From NCBI GenBank assembly GCA_010405405.1, contig MU004231.1, forward strand, positions 2,557,860-2,621,859: 64,000 nucleotides of DNA, in the 5' to 3' direction. The DNA is from Microthyrium microscopicum. Lineage: Eukaryota. Under the pieces are notes generated by a model that was given only the letters and a program-made list of their open reading frames with translations, was not told the origin of the DNA and ran no database searches. Positions 60,590-64,000 of the stretch are shown one piece after another (position 1 is the first letter of the stretch; the number at the start of each line of letters is the position of its first letter). A program made the translations under genes and the position numbers.

Positions 60590-61510
60590 TGTGATTGTTG
60601 TGTGAGGTGTGTTTATGTTGTTGAGATGTATGTCGGGAGTATCGGAAATGGAGTTGAAGTAGTGTAACGGTGGCGAGGGGATCTAGGGAGTTGTAGAGAG
60701 GAGGTTTGTTGATGCGAAGGGAAGCGGGAGATTTGGTGGTTGTTGAGAAAGTCAAATTGAGGGAAGGCGCGAATTGGGGCCAACAGGGATGTTTTGGTTG
60801 CTGCTCTTTCCTTGGTTGGTTACCATGTCACAAGCCACACACACCTGGGCAAACATCGCGGGGCACTAGCCACTTGTTCTTTCTCCACTTCTTTGAATTT
60901 CAGCACTTTCGCGTTCAATTGTGAGTGTCAAAACGAAAGCAATTCAATTTTTAAGGCTTGTCAAGATATGAATTTTGATTCGAGGCAAGATAATCAACTA
61001 CTCTTACTATTGCCTCCCCCGAAAATTCTTTCATCCTCATCACAATGCTTGGGGAATCCCGTACTCATAAAACCACAATCAAAATGCTTCCAATATCTCC
61101 GGTGCTAACACAATGCCTCACAACAAAAGTCTAATACATGCAAACCTCATCCGAACAAACGATATTGGGAATCTTGAAGAAAAAGAGAGCGAGAGTAGAA
61201 AAGATGCCAAGTGCATCACCTGATTGTAACGACAGATGTGTCCGCAGACTAACACATTATCGTCCTCTCCATAAAAAGACCCCTGGCGACACCAGCCGAT
61301 GACTCGTAGGCGCTGAACATCGTGAAACCGCGCCAATTCCTCGTAGCGCATTCATTAAGCATACTTCTTCAATTCTTCACGTCATTTCGTGGTTGGAAAT
61401 GAACTCGCTGACGGAACCAGGGCTCATGCTGTTATATAGCTGGATGCGTCACTAACATCACGCTGGATATATCTTTTCGACTTGATCAAGCCAGTTGCGC
61501 TCAAGTCATC

Positions 61511-63672
61511 TCAGATTGGCCGAACATTGAGGGTCAATTTTGCATTGCGACTGAGCGCAGCCTGCAAATCTTGATCCGTCTCCATTTGATAAAGTTGGTT
61601 GTCTGCCTCATCTTTCCAGCAGATCTCCAGATTTCCACTGTCATTGGGGCCCACCAGGCCAGGCTCCAGGCGTCTGCGCTCCAGGAGCTTTTTATAAAGA
61701 TCGTCAAATCTGAAATCCGGTGGCATACGAATAATGACGCAGTTTTCAGGACCAAAGAACACCTTGATTTTGATCAGGGTCGCAGGAGATCCTCCATTTC
61801 CAGCACCAAAACCTTGCGGCTGATTGAGCATGTTCATTGGAGGTGGTGATCCAGCGCTAGAAATTGTCCTTGAATGTGTTTGTCGTGGCCCGTTGTTTTG
61901 ATATCCATTCATGCCTGGGTAGCCACCTGATTGTTGTGATTGACCTCCCGAGAATCCTGATGATGATGGTGGAGTGAGAGTGGCAGGTTGCGTGGGGATT
62001 GGATTTTGCGAGCCGGAGGACATGCGATATGCTTCTCCAGAATCGGGTTCAATTTCATAATCTCCTTCTCTTGGTGCGAAAAATTTGCAGACCAAGAAAT
62101 CCGAAGTTATGTGTTGGCCGAGTTTGAGTAGATTCCGAATGTACTCATCCAGATTTGCTCTTCGCCCGTTGGAAATATTGTCCGTGACGTATGTGACAGG
62201 TCCAGGCATATATGGTAGCGATCGTTCTACTCCTGGCACATTTCCGGCCTCGCGGGGATATGCTTGAATAAGGTTGATCTGGAGGTCGTAGAAATCTTGA
62301 TATAGTCTTTGAAGTTCCCAGTGGCGGCCATCTTCCATCTCCACTTCCACTATAAACCAGAAAACATCATCGGCGAAGCAGTATCGGGGAACGGACGCGC
62401 GAACGGCAGAGAGCAGGTTTTCGTTTCGGAAAGTCTGGGGTCCATACAGCGGGCCATTACGAGGAGGCTAGAAATGATTATTAGTACTTCTCGCGTTTCG
62501 GAAGTTGCATTCAGACTGACCTGGAGTCCATAACCACTTCCATTGACACCTTGCGATTGTTGAGACTTCTCTTGCTGTGACTGTCCAGATCCATTCAAAC
62601 TCATTCGTTCCATGCCTTGTTGCATGCCTTGTGCGCCAGGTTCCAGTTTGCCTAGAGCTATGCTTCCATTCTTGTAATCTGCTGCCATTTTTTTCCATTC
62701 TTCAACCTTTGGAACACCGGCTCTTCGAACAGCCTCTTGTGGGTCTTCCACTGCTTTGTTGGAGCCCATATCTCTGATTTCGATGAAGGACACTGGAATC
62801 AATCCTGGACCCCCCAATCTTGTAATCGGTTTTGCGACGAACCATTCAGGATTGGATTGCGCAATCACAATTATCGCTTCTCCTTCTTTCGCATCCAACT
62901 CATCAGGTCTCTCCGCCTTGAAATCATACATAACAACACCGTAAACCATGGCACCAGCATTTCGCAGTGATTTTGACATTCTCATAGGGTTTGGGGGAGT
63001 TGCTGCAGCACCTGCTCCTCCTCCGTACCCTGAATCGTGGGTGCCGACCGGTATGAATTGATCAGACTTTTGCGATCCACCACTATTTCGCGCTTGTTTT
63101 CCGACAATTTCAAAATATTGAGCAGGTACCAGACCTCTTGTTCCTTGCAGGGGATTGCAAGCTTCGTACCAAGTTGGATCGTCTTCGCGCTCTACAACGT
63201 GTAAAAAGTCGCCTTGTGAGAAGCTGAGATAGCGGGCGTCGGGTGCGGAGTAGTCGTATAGAGCTTTGATGACCTAGGGCATTCAAAGAGAAAGTGTTAG
63301 CTGAGTGTGCTTGGGATGTTTGGAAAGAGTTTGGGGAGATTGCGGGAGGGGTGGCGTTCGTGAGCGAACGGGCCAAGAGGCAATGGGTGTTTGCGAGGGT
63401 GAAGTGGCGGACAACAATAGACAACAATAGGACGCACCTTTTTGGGAGGGACGATTGCAATGGCATCTTTAGGCGGAACGGAGGCATGTGAGGATTTGGA
63501 TTCGCCTTTGTCACTCTTCATAGACATGCGAAACTGAGATGATTGTTAGCAGAGTTCTTCAATGTTCTGCAAGGCGCTGAAGGCAGGCACGCGGGTGGGC
63601 GGCAAAAGCCAAAGCCAGAGGCAGAAGCGCGGGCGAGGAAGCTGCAAAGGGCCGAGTTCGTACCTTTACCAT
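61511..63672 (-). CDS. BEM1: Polarity scaffold Bem1/Scd2 (SH3-SH3-PX-PB1), 4 exons
   Basis: ATG 63672; introns 63534-63663, 63274-63437 and 62468-62520. SH3-1 VIKALYDY...LSFSQGDF; SH3-2 YGVVMYDFKAERPDEL...WFVAKPITRLGGPGLIP; PX RLYQDFYDLQI...LPYMPGP; C-terminal PB1 IKIKVFF. Confidence 0.95.
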
Positions 63673-64000
63673 GGCTGAAGAGGAGTGGTGGAGACGCAAA
63701 GTGCGACTCCAAATTGACGAGAGGCTACTCTAGGGTATGGACGAACAAAGCTGTAGTTTGATAGATGCGCGAGTGATGAGAGCGACGACTTGGAAGTGAC
63801 GAGGATCTTTGGGATTTTGTTGGAGTTGTTGTTGTAATTGATGGACGGAACCGGGGCGGAGAGTGGGGAGGTCGGCGATTATAAAGTGCAGGAGCGTATG
63901 CCGAATTGATGTTAGTAGTAGTAGTTGTCGGGAAATTCGAGGTCAGAGTATAAAGTTTGGAAGGTTGGATTCTGGGCTGGGACCTGGGTTGAGGAATGGA

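Noticed and set aside
1901..63761. Numerous 60-230 aa ORFs antisense to or overlapping real genes (e.g. 1901-2533, 24626-25309, 44411-45016, 55604-56215)
   Set aside because: Shadow ORFs of long coding sequences; no motifs, and many start at TTG/GTG.

Overview
Gene-dense window from a filamentous ascomycete (Pezizomycotina) nuclear genome, judged from short GT-AG introns with CTRAY branch points and fungal-type orthologues. I built about 25 spliced gene models by hand. The housekeeping backbone is: 3' end of TFIIF large subunit, HGH1, POB3, ARG2 (N-acetylglutamate synthase), separase, CENP-X, Cyp40, ARP1, SPT6, myosin light chain and BEM1. Between ARG2 and separase (about 12.4-22.6 kb) is an accessory-looking block. 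It holds a 10-exon fungal NLR (degenerate alpha/beta-hydrolase, NB-ARC, TPR) directly upstream of, and co-oriented with, a CorA-like GMN-motif membrane protein. It also holds a short heme-thiolate peroxygenase and a small spliced membrane-protein gene. The NLR + CorA-like pair is my best candidate for an undescribed receptor/pore immune module. This is inference and needs synteny and functional tests. Other oddities: a GA instead of GT donor in NLR intron 2, a long structured intron in HGH1, a hairpin-rich element at about 45.1-45.4 kb, and a catalase-related protein with the Thr-His signature of fatty-acid hydroperoxide enzymes. No tRNA, rRNA, intact transposon or CRISPR was recognised. No database searches were run; all family calls come from motif recognition.
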